Notes under the pieces: model-generated
The model's database searches: none
What the model saw: the letters and a program-made list of their open reading frames with translations, nothing else
Told to the model about the DNA's origin: nothing
Part shown: positions 31,722 through 44,270 of the stretch, one piece after another
Layout: each line of letters opens with the position of its first letter
How positions within the stretch are numbered: position 1 is the stretch's first letter
Made by a program: the position numbers and the translations under genes
Assembly: GCA_030704615.1 (NCBI GenBank)
Contig: CM060733.1
Span: 63,798,001 to 63,862,000, forward strand
Direction of reading: 5' to 3'
DNA: 64,000 bases
From: Takakia lepidozioides
Taxonomy: Eukaryota > Plantae > Bryophyta

Positions 31722-34700
31722 CTACACCTTCCGAGGAACTTGGCCCTCCTTCTTCCTCATCCCCCTCATCCCCCCCATCCTCCGCTGTGATGCATCGGTT
31801 GCACTATGCCTCTCAAAAATTCTGTCCTCTCCTTGGGGGACTGTCCACCTCACCTCCTGGGAATCTTTTGCCTCTTCTCTCCCACTTTCCTCAGCAGAAT
31901 CCAAGACAAATCTACGAGCCCGACGGGCTCTAATATCTGCTGCCTCCTCCCTCATCTTCATTTTCTTGAGGCTTGCCTCGTCTAAAATCTGTTGTACACG
32001 ACTAGGTTCGGAAGACCTCCTAGTGGACACCGAAGCAAGCCGGGCAGCATAAGTAGGAAGGATGTAGTCCCTTTCTGGACTAGGCATGAAATCCCCCCTG
32101 GCAAAAAAAGGCACGTTCCTCCTGCCCATGAACTCCGGTGTAGACGTCTCTCTTGTAGTACTTGGCATCCTACAGTAAGAACAAATCCACTTCAAGAATG
32201 TCAATACCAGCAGAAGCAGAAAGGGTTTTCAATGAAATAAGAGAGCGAAGGGAGGTGCCTCACGAAATCTGGAGGCAACTTACAATGCGACCACTCACTC
32301 GTAAACCAGGGGCTCCTCGGCCTCGATCCCAACTTGTTCCTCCCCCTCCTCCTTCTCGGATTTTTCCTCATCCTCCGAGGGTGCCTCTTCCTCTTTGGGC
32401 AGACGTTCAGCCACTGCAAGTTCTGAGTTGTGGAGGGTAGTTTCTGGCTCGAAGGCGAACACATGCCTGTCGGACAACGTCCCTGCCCACATTGAAGCAC
32501 CTGAGGAACAAAGCGGGCGGTTAATAGCTTGCGGCATGCAATTGCAATCGGGCCAGGGGACAAACTGAGCACGTGAAGGCTTACCCGTGCCATATGTGAG
32601 GTCAAGAATCCACCCTTGGACATCCGAGCACGTCTCCATGAGGGTTTGGATGAAAGCAGGGCTCCGAGTCCGACTGTACCGCCACGGTTTGCCTGTCTTT
32701 GTGTCCTTCGGCATACTGGAGTGGGGCACATAGTTGTAGAGGACATCGTAGGTAACAGGGTCCACAACGGCATCAACAAGACGACCGTCGTTGCGGAATT
32801 TGAACGTAGACCCTCTCTTCACAAAGCCATATGCCTCAAACACCGATGTCTGCACATCCAACAAAAGAGGGATCAACTCCGGGATCTAGTTTAGATACAC
32901 CACAATATGAGGTGAATGCAATAGATTGATAACTTACACTTTGGCCCTCTGTTCGCAACCCCTGTGTATTGATGCAGAACCATTTTCTGAGGAGGACCGG
33001 GGTGACACTTTTCGGTGTCCATCTTGCCACCGCATTCTTTGTGGTCTTCCCTCTTGTGGCAAGGACAACCACACATCCACCGTCATCCAGGAGCATGTCG
33101 AGGAGAATCATATCGCAAGCTCTCTCCACCTCAACCCCCCCCCCCCCCCCCCCCCGAGTGCTCTTGCAATCCGTGCTCACAACTGTGAAGAATTCCATCA
33201 TGGCTTCAAAACCAGGGGTGTCTTTAGGCTCTGTACCAGCAGCCCTCTTCTTGGCTTTCCCCTTCTGCTCTGCCAGAGACTTGCTGTGTGCCACCTTCTT
33301 CGCCCTGGCAGCGAGAGCATCAAGGAAGCTCTCATTGACGCATTGGATGATGGTTGGAGGTTCTAGCTTTGGCCTGTGCGTAAATGTCACCGCCAAATAC
33401 CGCCGTGTAGGCTTGCCTTCAAATGCCAACTTCTTGGCAGAGCCAGTCCCACTCCGAACTGACTTGGGAACCCGGACGATCGGTGACTTGGTAGCAGCAG
33501 CAGTAGTCGCAGGACCTTGAACAAAGTCGTCGTCCGAGTCACTCCCTTGGGTCCCCTCCTGCGCCTCCTCCGATGCCTCGATGGTTTTCTGTTTTTTGGG
33601 TGTTACTGTACTCACCTGTTTCCTTGTCATTTTCCTTTGGCCTTTATTCTTCTCATTCAATTTCTCCTGAATTCCTTCCTGAGCAAGCTCTGCCGCTTTC
33701 CTGGAGTTTGCAAGCGCTTTTGCCTCTTTTGGGACCCAGCGGAGGCAGCGGAGCCCGGTTTCGTCGGGCCTCAGCATCCAGCTTCAATTGAAACTCGGAT
33801 GGGTCGAGCGAGCCGGGCGGAAGGTCCACATACCAAGGGAAATCACGCAAATGTTCTAGATGCCACTCCTTCACAATAACGTCAGTGTACATGGAGTCAG
33901 CCCCAGGGTTCCTCCATGCCAGGAAGAATGGTGGCTCGAAAGACAGATGACATTTCTCCAAAAGGGAGAACTTGCAGTACCTGCATTCATGAAAAACACA
34001 GAATGAGGTCCCTGAACTGGAAATTCGGCACCATTTTCCCAGGTTGGGGCGGAACTGACTGGGCCTAGAACTGGGAAAATGGCGCTGAATTTCGGTTTTC
34101 GGTGCCAGCCACCCTAGGGACTTAGCCATTTTGGGAGCCCTGAACTGGAAATTCGGCGCCATTTCCCAAGTCCGGGCCGAAAATGGCTAAGTCACTAAAC
34201 TGACTGGCCCTGGAATTGGAAAAATGGCGCCGAATTTCGGTTTTCTGTGCTAGCCACCCTAGGGACTTAGCCATTTTGGGAGCCCTGAACTGGAAATTCG
34301 GCGCCATTTTCCCAGGTCCAGGCCGAAAATGGCTAAGTCCCTGAACTGACTGGCCCTGGAATTGGAAAAATGGCGCCAAATTTCGGTTTTCGGTGCCTGC
34401 CACTCTAGGGACTTAGCCATTTTGGGTGCCCTGGACTGGAAATTCGGCGCCATTTTTCCAAGGACCAATTTTTATGCGCCACATGAGGCCTCTAACATCC
34501 TGAAATGCAAGGACTTGAAAGGAAGGCATCGCGTATGTACCTGTACAGAAGGCGCATTGCTGTTTTGTCCGCGTTCGGCTGGTCGGTGAACTCGTGGCTC
34601 CAGCGGGCATGGGGTATTTCTCGAAAGAATAGGTCGGTTTTGTACAGCAGAAAGTACCTCGTCACATAGTCGCGTAGGCTCTCTGCTGCAGGAGAAATCT

Positions 34701-37174
34701 CCATCTTGAACTGTTGTGCTTGTGTGTCCAGCTGCTCTTGCGCATTCGTCATTACCTGTGGAGATTCTCCATCAGATCGCTTTCCTGAAAAAATACAATG
34801 AATCCACCCCCTACAAGAGTAGAAGCGCCAAACGAAGCGTGGGGAAGTACCTGAAACCACCATGTCATGCGGTTCATCCACATGTCGAATGTCGGGTCAG
34901 ACAGTTTGTCCGGTTTGGGGAAGCTCCACATGTCCCTTGTACTTTGGGAACCATTCCAGATTTGGAGCCACCGGGTCTGTCCAACCACCCAGCATATTCG
35001 TAAGCGCCAAACACCACAAAAACGAGTTGTTGCCACCACAATTTGGTTAAGAATGTATCACCTTTTCTGTTGCATCCACACAGGATGTGGCTAGACGATG
35101 GAGCTTTTCCAATGTGATCGTGGGCTTCAGAGCGCGGGAGTAGTGCTTCCCCACCTCCACCAGAAAGTCGGCACCAAGGGCGGGATCAGCTATGGCCACG
35201 TACTTTACCATCCGCGACTTGTACTTTATGCGGGCCCTGGCCTCCGCAGCTTTGAGATACGATTCGAGTGCTGGGAGGGTTAGATTCTTCTCCTCTGACT
35301 CCATGTAGAACCTCCGCGCATGTGCCAAATCCTGCTGAATTTTCGTCTGTCAAGAATGCGCACATAAGATTAGAGATCCTGCTCAACACTTTTTCTTCTA
35401 TTGGGGGAGGAGAGACAGATTAGCTCAACAAAACAGTCAGGAGCTTTACCCGAAATATGTAGTCCACCATGGCATCCATGCTCAGCCTATACCAGGTTCT
35501 GTCTACCTTTGCCTTCGACTTGCGCAGGAGGTCGACACTGAGCGAATTGGCAAAACTCTTGCACCCCCTGCTTCCCGACATCCTTCACTCGGAAGAGCAT
35601 ATTGGACAAGTTGGTGGCAATGAAGGCATTCTCAGTCACCCTGCAATGCCACATTTCCATCAAACAACACTGAAATGGGAATTTTGAACAAATATGAGGA
35701 TTCGCAATGAAATGACTTACAAATTTTGGGTCCAAAAGCAAGAGGCGTTGTAACTTACGAGTTGATGTCCGCCATTGTAGCTTTGAGAAGACTGCGATCT
35801 TTGGGCCCTGCAACCTTGAGCACAACACACTCCACGGCGAAATGCCAATTGAGGTCGTTGGGGTGGGCTTCGGCTATGTGCTCCATCCATGCCAGGAGGC
35901 GATGATTGCCGTCCCACACGTAAAACATCTTTCCGGACAAGTGCTGGAAAAGAGGATCAGTAGCAATCGATCTCTCGAACTCCTCATTTCGCCTTTGCCA
36001 ATGGGGACCCCATTTGTCCACCTCATCGGAAGTGTGGGCACGGGAAGCTCCGTGGTCGTTCTCAATGGAAACGTAAAATGCGGCAGACCCCATTCGATAT
36101 CCATCCCGGAAAGAGAATTTCAGCTTGTCGATATCGCCTGGGAGGGCAGGTCTACCACCTGCAAAGACACCAAGCGGCAAAGGGGATTTCGAAGCTTGGC
36201 CGGGTACACCATGCCCCCCAGCACCCTGCCAATGTTGTTGTGGGTTGCCTCCAACATCTTGGCAGCGGCCAACTTCATATCCGCCTCCGACATGATGTCT
36301 GCTGCAGAGGGGTTCTCCGGCAGCCCACCAGGACCGCCAAATCCAGCCTGTATGTTGCGGGTTTGGGGCCTGGGGATGTCCGGGAGGATGTCATCCTGGT
36401 CAGAAATCTCGGTGTCGTCCTCCTCAACATGGTCAACCACCGGCGAAACCACCTCGAGCACTCTCCCCGTCTCTACTGCCATCTCCCCGGCTTCACCTCG
36501 AACTTGCACAATCCGTGCTCTTTGTGGTGTTCTTTCCTCTCCTCCACTCTCCACCGTATGGGTAATTGCGGGGGCTGCTCTTGTCCGCGATGGTGTAACC
36601 GGTGTGTTACTGCCTCTTTGTGGTGTCTTGGAGGGATCCACCGTCTCTGTGCGTCCCTCGCTTACATGGGCATCTGTCATTTCGGCACCCCTGGCCTCTT
36701 CAGTGGCCTTTTCTCTTTCCTCCTGGCTAGCCTTCTGTCTCGCTTGTTCTTTTGCCCTCTCTTTTTCCCTCTCACGGGCTTTCTGTTTCTTACTAGGGCT
36801 AGCAGCAGGGGAGCCCTCCAGGACGACCACCTTTGATTGAGGAGAACTGACACCCTCGCGCGCACTGCTCATTCCCCCTCCGCAGCCCGTGACGGCTCTC
36901 TCGCCGGGGATTGTATGTGTTTGGCTTTCTTCTTCTTCTTTGCGTGGGCGGGCCCTACTGCATGTGCATCAACAACCTCCATTGTCGGATCTGCTGTCCT
37001 CACGTCCTCACGCCCTTCACCTGCCATGCCGCCTGCACCAACCTCCCCAATGCCTATTCTGTCGTACTCTCGCTGCAGGTCCTCCCGTCCACCAACAAAA
37101 GGTTTTAGTTTGCCCTCCCGCCCCAAGTTGGGCGATCCAAACATGCGATGAGTTGGAGCTGTCGATGATACCAC
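31722..37174 (-). pseudogene. Multi-exon MULE cargo gene: disordered N-terminus, ParB/Srx-like domain, unknown domain, Lys-rich linker, N4C/N6A DNA-methyltransferase-like domain; several frameshifts
   Basis: Phase-consistent GT-AG introns at 35641-35758, 33981-34540, 32850-32937, 32501-32584 and 32170-32298. Motifs 'FYVWDGNHRLLAW' and spliced 'RSPAFIQTLMETCSDVQGWILDLTYGTGASMWAGTLSDRHVFAFEPE'. Single-gene continuity across frameshifts is inferred. Confidence 0.7.
34007..34466. repeat. Intronic ~145-bp tandem block of GGAAATTCGGCGCC motifs
   Basis: CCCTGAACTGGAAATTCGGCGCCATTT recurs at ~34138, 34283 and 34429, inside intron 33981-34540. Confidence 0.85.
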
Positions 37175-38169
37175 TAGCGTGCCGGGCTCGTCGTCACTCT
37201 GTCATTCCCAAAAATCGTGAGAACCAACATCGGAATGAAAACCACCATCCGCCACGAGCAGCGCAACCACCATCGCAACAATCGTGGAACAACAATGAAA
37301 ACAAAACAAAACCAAGTATGGAGTGCCATGGAACAACAATGAAAACAAATCCAACCAATGCCTAAGAATGACATGCACAAGCAGCCTTCTCCAGAGCTGT
37401 CGGCTTTGCACACGCATTGCAAACTATCTAAGGTTCACTCAACCAGTAACTTGCAAAAATCAACATGAAACACGATGAACAAATGAACACGAATTCCATA
37501 AGACGGGAAAACAGGGTGAAATGTTTTGAAGGCACTTCATCTGCTCAGACAATCTTCTCAGCTCGGCATGGATTTCCTTAATTCCGAGATGCAACCTGTT
37601 ATCTACAGCGAGGTGTGCACCCTGTCCTGGCAAGCAATTTGAATGCAACAACGACCTGGCTCCTTTCTAACCACTCTGACCTTGATCATTCTTCTCAACA
37701 ACTCGTGCTTTTGCGATGCAACCATGCGCTTCCAGGGCTGCCAGGCGGAAGATGTGAAAACAAACTAAAAAAACGAAGAAAACCGAAAGAGGAAGGGGCG
37801 GAACCTGAGAGTGCTCGGCTTCAGTTGGCGCGGGCTGGGAGCAAGACAATGGAATTTCTTGCTGGAGCTTAAGTTTGGCCATGCGAGAGGTTGGACGTCG
37901 CCCGTAGTACAAAGCCTTCAGCTTCCGCCGCGGTCTAGATGTGGGGTTTATCTCAGGAGAGCCACGCCCTTCTCCACGCGGCATAAGTCCCAGCAAAAGA
38001 AAAAAGATCTCGCAGTATGTGTGCGTACATGCCTCGAATAGAAGTTCATCCAATTTAGCATCAAGTTTCCAAGGCGTATCCGGGAAGCAAGCGTGGAATC
38101 CTTGTGTTGCCAGCCCGGTTCAAAACCGACGGCGGAGGACATTTAATGCGCAACTACGTCAATCGCCCG

Positions 38170-39900
38170 CTGGATGGAAAAAATCGGCGCCGAATTTCCA
38201 TCCAGCGGATGAAGTATGACGCAACGAGGCCATCCCTCCGCCCGAGCCGTTCTCATCTAGAAGACGCGGGATGGAAATCCTGCGCCGCATTTCCATCCTG
38301 CAGGTAATTCGGAGCGCGGCCGGATGGAAAAACGGCGCCAAATTTCCATCTTGCAGGCAATTCGGAGCGCGGCCGGATGGAAAAACGGCGCCGAATTTCC
38401 ATCCCAGAGGTAATTCGGAGCGCGGCTGGATGGAAATCCGGCGCCGAATTTCCATCCCAGAGGTAATTCGGAGCGCGGCTGGATGGAAATCCGGCGCCGA
38501 ATTTCCATCCGCTAGGAAAGTCAAAGCACGGATGGATGGAAATCGGGCGCCGAATTTCCATCCTACAGGTAATTCGGAGCGCGGCCAGATGGAAAAACGG
38601 CGCCGAATTTCCATCCCAGAGGTAATTCGGAGCGCGGCCGGATGGAAATCCGGCGGCGAATTTCCATCCTGCAGGTAATTCGGAGCGCGTCTGGATGGAC
38701 ATTCGGCGCCGAATTTCCATCCGCCAGGAAAGTCGAAGCGCGGATGGATGGAAATCCGGCGCCGAATTTCCATCCTACAGGTAATTCGGAGCGCGGCCGG
38801 ATGGAAAAACGGCGCCGAATTTCCATCCTGCAGTTTATTCGGAGCGCGGCCGGATGGAAATCCGGCGCCGAATTTCCATCCTAGAGGTAATTCGGAGCGC
38901 GGCCGGATGGAAATTCAGCGCCGAATTACCATCCTGCAGGTAATTCTGAGTGTGGCCGCTTGTTTTTTTGGTCTTAAGAGACAAAACCTTATGTTTTAGA
39001 CACGGTTTTCAGGGAATTCTCGACTGGTTGAGAGAAATCTTTTCCATCCCTCGTAGTTCCTAAATGGAAATTCGTTGCCGAAATTCCATCTGGCCGCGAT
39101 TGCGATTAAATGCCGAATGGAAATTCGGCGCCGGTTTTCCATCTGGCCGCGTTCGCGATTAAATGCCGAATGGAAATTCAGCGCCGGTTTTCCATCCCCT
39201 CCGCCCGAGTCGACTTTATTCCGGCGCCCCCTGTTGGATATTCGGTGCCGAATTTCCGTCCGGGGGTTGTATTGTGACGGCCAGGTGCCAGCCTCTCCCC
39301 CCGAGCCGACTGCATCCGAACGGCCCCGGATGTAAATTCGGCGCCGTTTTCCATCCGTGGAGGTTTTTATGTCGGCCAGTTTTCGGCCTCACCCCCCGAC
39401 ACGCCTTCCTTTGGGGGGGGCCCGGATGGAAATTCGGCGCCAAATTTCCATCCGGGGGATGTTCTCTGTCGGACAGGTGCCGGCCTCTCTGCCCGAGGCG
39501 ACTTCATCCGGGCGGCCCCTGTTGGATATTCGGTGCCGAATTCCCGTCCGGGGGTTGTAATGTGACGGCCATGTGCCGGCCTCTCCCCCCGAGCCGGCTG
39601 CATCTGAACGGCCCCGGATGTAAATTCGGCGCCGTTTTTCCATCCGGGGAGGTTTTTATGTCGGCCACTTTTCGGCCTGACCCCCCGACACGACTTCCTT
39701 TGGGGGGGCCCGGATGGAAATTCGGCGCTGAATTTCCATCCGGGGAATGTTCTCTGTCGGATAGGTGCCGGCCTCTCCGCCCGAGTCGACTTCATCCGGG
39801 CGGCCCCTGTTGGATATTTGGTGCCGAATTTCCATCCGGGGGTTGTAATGTGACGGCCCGGTGCCGGCTTCTCCCCTTCAGCCGACATCATCCGGGCGGC
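38170..39900. repeat. Intergenic palindrome array: 53-bp units (38268-38945), then a 288-bp higher-order repeat (39200-39900)
   Basis: Unit GGATGGAAAWHCGGCGCCGAATTTCCATCC-N-GGTAATTCGGAGCGCGGCC. CTGTTGGATATT recurs at 39231, 39519 and 39807. Confidence 0.93.
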
Positions 39901-40140
39901 CCCCACACTTTCCGACTGCATACCATTGGCAGTTATTGCGCAAAGACCAGGGGCCGCATTCCGGAAACAATGTTCATTAACCCTCTGACTGTGGATTTTA
40001 GAGATAGTTGGCTCCCTGGATTTGGATCAGGCTTCGTCGCTCGGACAAATCGGCACCGCATTCCTTCCCATCGGTGCATCCCCCTTCTACTAGGGAGCTT
40101 GCCCGCACGCCATCCTGGCAGTCTTGTGTGCACATCTCCC

Positions 40141-43100
40141 ATGGCGGAAAACCCGAGCGCTACAGTGTACTGCCCTCCTCACGAGCATAGAGCTTCATTT
40201 CCGTGCAGAGGGGACATCTGCCGTGTGATGGAGAAGTATCTGTGCGTTCGATACCACCTAAAACCGGGGTCGGTTGTTTTGGAGGAGGAAAGGAAGGACT
40301 CAAACGGCGTTGTTATCGAGAGTATTGTTGTGCTCCACGATGATTTCGGCGATGGCAGGGAATGGCGAGTTCCACCATCGGACAACGTCATATACAGGGC
40401 GGCTGGGGACTTCATTTGCCCACCAAATGCACCTTCTATCCTGGCGCCTTCCACGAAACAATCCGCGAATCAGAGAGTGGGTACCTCAAAGAGAGAAGTC
40501 CGCAACGAAGTAAATCCAGAGCCCAACCCATCAATGAAGACGAGCGAGAACCGGGTTGTTCACAACCTGTCCGACTCCGACGAGGTCATGGAAGTTCCGA
40601 GATCGTCCTGGAGATCAGGTAAGTCCTCAATGGAGGTCAGTGGACGAGGGAGTCATATTCCCAGCACGAGCACCGCAGTTCGATCCATTCTTGAAATTCT
40701 GCGAGGGCTTCACATGGATGGACACCGCTCGGAGCTGGCCGGGCTGGACTACAGCAAGTTCGCAATTAAATCAGTTACATGCCTTCCCGCAGACGTCGAC
40801 AGTAATATCTTCTTTGAGTTCCCTCCTCGGACGGACTACTCGAGGGCGTCCAGAATGTTGACAAATATGGATAGAAAACATGACGGTCATCCTTGGTGCG
40901 TCACCAAAACCACCAGCATGAAGATGCTCGATGGTGTGCGGGCGCGTTGCGGTGTTTCTCCCCAACTTGCTTCCATTTTAAATCCAGAGGTCACATGAAC
41001 GAGACCGATTGGACAGGCACAACTCATCAACCATTTCAAGCTCAGGAGAAGGTTCCAAACTCCACATTTAAGTGTGCGCATTGCAAAGAACCACCACACT
41101 GCATGTCTGTTTGTAATGCCAAGCAGTTCTATGTGTTGCACCGTTTCCCTGACCTCACCCGAGCTTGCATACACGTTGGTTCCCATTGTCACAAATTGGT
41201 GAGGGGGAACTCGCGGGAGGCTGCCCACGAGGCAAAGCAGCTCGCTCAGGAGGAGGTTAAGTTGAGACCGGGTGCCAAACCTAAACAGATACAGCTCCAA
41301 GCCGCCCATAAGATGGCATTGGCCAGAATTATATCGGAAGACGGCTCCGATAGAGTTCATATCGATGAGAAGGAAATGGAGGCATTGCTGGAGTCGGTGT
41401 CCCACGTCTGTTCACCGAATGTCCGAAACCACATTGTCTCATGCAAACAGAAAATTGGGCGTGGCTCGGATATGCACTCCATTCTGGAGGTGAAGCGACG
41501 ATGTGGATATGACTACATTCATGGAAGTAGGTTTCCAGGACAAGGGACTGAGGCAGATCGTTGTTTCGTATTCAAAATGTCCACGTGTGGGCCTGGCAGC
41601 GGCGTCGAACTGGTCGACAGGATGACGAGTGGGGACTTGTCAAACAGTTGGGTCATGTTCGACCATATCAACCGAATTACAAATCACCAGTGGGTGACAA
41701 TGGGTGCACATGTCTACGACACCCACTGCAGGATGCTAATGACAATTGCTATTTGTGAGATGAAAGGAGAGGACACACAATCGGAGATGCTTCTTTGGCA
41801 GGGAATAAACGAACAGATGGCCAAGGCGGGATTGCCCCCTCCCAATTTCCATGGTTTCATGGCGGACAACGCACAAGCAAATTGGGCTGCCATCCGAAGG
41901 GTGTACGGGCAAGACCCCAATGTTCCCATGGAAGGCAAGGAGAGATCTTGTGGGTTCCATTTTTTGCAGAGCCTTTCGCAGTACACAACCAGGCTCGTGG
42001 CGTCAGATTTCAGAGAGGAGCACCGTTCCATGTGTCTTGCGTGGAAGCGCGCTCCCACCTTGGATGATGCAAAGACACAGTTTGCATGTATACGGGCTTG
42101 GTGGACATCGTCACGTGCTGTAAGGAAATCAGACGAGGGAGCAATGGTCAGTTGGCTAGCATGATGGCATTATCGTTTCCTCTAGTTTGGCGACTATATG
42201 CAGGAGGTGAGTTGCACGAATTCGCGTTCCGTTGAATATTATTCTTGGCATTATTTGTAACTTGTTTGTAACCTCAACATGTGCTTGTGCAGGAAATGTG
42301 TCTCGACTCCGACACCGACATGCCCACGACAAACATGGCCGAATCAATGCATTCTTCCTGGCATGCCTCCTCTGCGGCGCATCTGGTGGACATCCTCACT
42401 GCCACAACGGAGGACATTGTGAGGTCAATTATGCAGCAATGCAGGTACAACGAGTTCTTGAAAGGGAAACAGTGGGGCTTGGGGCTGGAAAGGCATGAAA
42501 AGCTGATGCGGACTGCCTCCAGATCAAAGAATCCTCGGAAGTGGGCGGCGGCCTTGCGAGAGGGCCTTCGGGACACGCCATTGCTTCGAAGAGGCCAACA
42601 TTTGGAAGGAGATGTTCATACCCGTCCAGTGAGACGAAGACTTGACGAGGCACCTGGCGGGGAAGAGGATTCATGGCGAGCTGACAACAATATTCGCACG
42701 CTCCCTCGTGGTCCCGTGATGTTGCCCGAGGAGGTCTCGTTGAGCACCGCAAGTCCTGCACGTTCAAGATCGTCATCTCCTTTGAGCACATGGCACGTGC
42801 CCGAGGAACATAACGAGCCATCTGTAGTAACGCAATACAACATACCCATTGTGAAGACAAGAGTGTCGGAGTCACAGTGGAGAATTGCAAGGACATTGCC
42901 AACATTTCGAGGGAAGTGCTGCGCCATTCGGGTGGATACGAGAGCACGCTGTGGTGAGATGATTCGGAGGAACCCACACGGTGCTGTACCTGCACCTTGT
43001 TTCAGCGGCAAATTTTTGACTCCCACATTTGCTCACGCCACAACGCAGACGTTTTGGTTCTGTAGGCACGACATAATGACCTATGTATTTGGCAAGCCCA

Positions 43101-43711
43101 AGTACGGGATTCAGGGAATGCCGGAGCCTCCGGGCGTCTGGCCTGTTGCACCAGGTTGCAGCCTCTCTCAGAATGAGGCGGATGCTCTATCTGCAGCAGG
43201 ATTTCGAATGGTGCAACGCACAGACGTCCTGGCCCACGCATTTCCAGTTCCTCAGACCCAGCCATTGCAGACTGCTCGGTCCAGTAGAGACGGATTGGAC
43301 AATTCTGCACATCCCACAATGCAATTCGGAGGAGTGAAGAGACGACACCCTCCCAACAAGTTGAATGAGACTCGGATTGTCAATGCTCTTGGGATGGCTT
43401 GCACTATTCAGAGCTCCGTGGACGTACCTCCACCCGGCCTTGGGCGTGTTTATCGGATGGCAACGGCCGGCTCGGCTGTACGCGACGATGTATACACAAT
43501 TACGATTGGAGTGGAGCCGACTTGCAATTGTACGGACTTCTCGTTGATGGAAGCAAAGAAGGGTTCAAAGTATTATCCGTGCAAGCATCTGTATTACATT
43601 TACCTGAAGAGGTTGAGGATGAACGTGACTATTGATGACTTTATTCATGCACCGGCGTTGAGCGTGAACGAGCTGCACAAACTCCTCCTTAGGGATTCCA
43701 GAAATCATTGA
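40141..43711 (+). pseudogene. MULE transposase (DDE domain and C-terminal SWIM zinc finger), intron 42207-42292
   Basis: WVMFDH (D), FMADNAQAN (D), CGFH (CxxH), TTNMAESMH (E), SWIM CNCTDF...PCKH. A 14-bp deletion near 40940 (versus copy 3) and stops at 42162 (TGG>TGA) and 42183 (CAG>TAG). Confidence 0.9.
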
Positions 43712-43854
43712 TGGGGCAAAGGGAATCCTCCATATGGATATTTTCAATTGCATTTTCATGTATCAGATTTTTTTTTGCAGTGTAATGAAATGCACCCCAA
43801 AACTCTTGGAATGAGGCAATATTCCATTCAAACTGAGATCCAATAGAAGCAGTT

Positions 43855-44270
43855 GTGGGGCCATTTCTGGAAAAATGGCGCCGAATTTCTCTATTTTGGG
43901 CCGAAAACTGGCTAAGTCCCAACATGCACTGGTACCCCTGTGTCTGGAAAAATGGAGCCGAATTTCCCTATTTTGGGCCGAAAACTGGCTAAGTCCGAAC
44001 ATGCTCGGGAATGATGTCTGGAAAAATGGCGCCGAATTTCCAGTTACATGGCCCAGAACTGCCCAACATCTGTGCAATCCCCGGCACCATGTACTGAAAT
44101 TCGGCGCCACATTTCCAAATTTTGGGCTTACACACCTGTCCTGAGGGGACCTATAGCCGCGGAATTCGGCACCATTTTTCGCCAAAGAGACCTATTACCG
44201 CGAAATACGTCGCGGTTCTTTCCGGTTACGGACCCTATTACCGCAAAATTCGGCGCCATTTTTGCACATG
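43855..44270. repeat. Subterminal AAATGGCGCCGAATTTC repeats of the MULE
   Basis: Multiple copies in both orientations, mirrored at 9225-9555. Confidence 0.85.

Noticed and set aside
35842-36840. 332-aa plus-strand ORF and other antisense ORFs (9782-10675, 48639-49487, 60476-61351)
   Set aside because: They are shadows of opposite-strand genes and carry no independent motifs.
31722-37174. Bacterial contamination as the source of the ParB/MTase motifs
   Set aside because: The gene has spliceosomal introns and sits inside a TSD-flanked element within a satellite.
38268-38945. CRISPR-like array
   Set aside because: The spacers are themselves repeated, there are no cas genes, and the context is eukaryotic.
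38159-40140. Long ORFs such as 'MEIRRRISI...' and the N-terminal half of the 611-aa ORF
   Set aside because: These are translations of GC-rich palindromic repeats that are open in several frames. The transposase more plausibly starts at ATG 40141.
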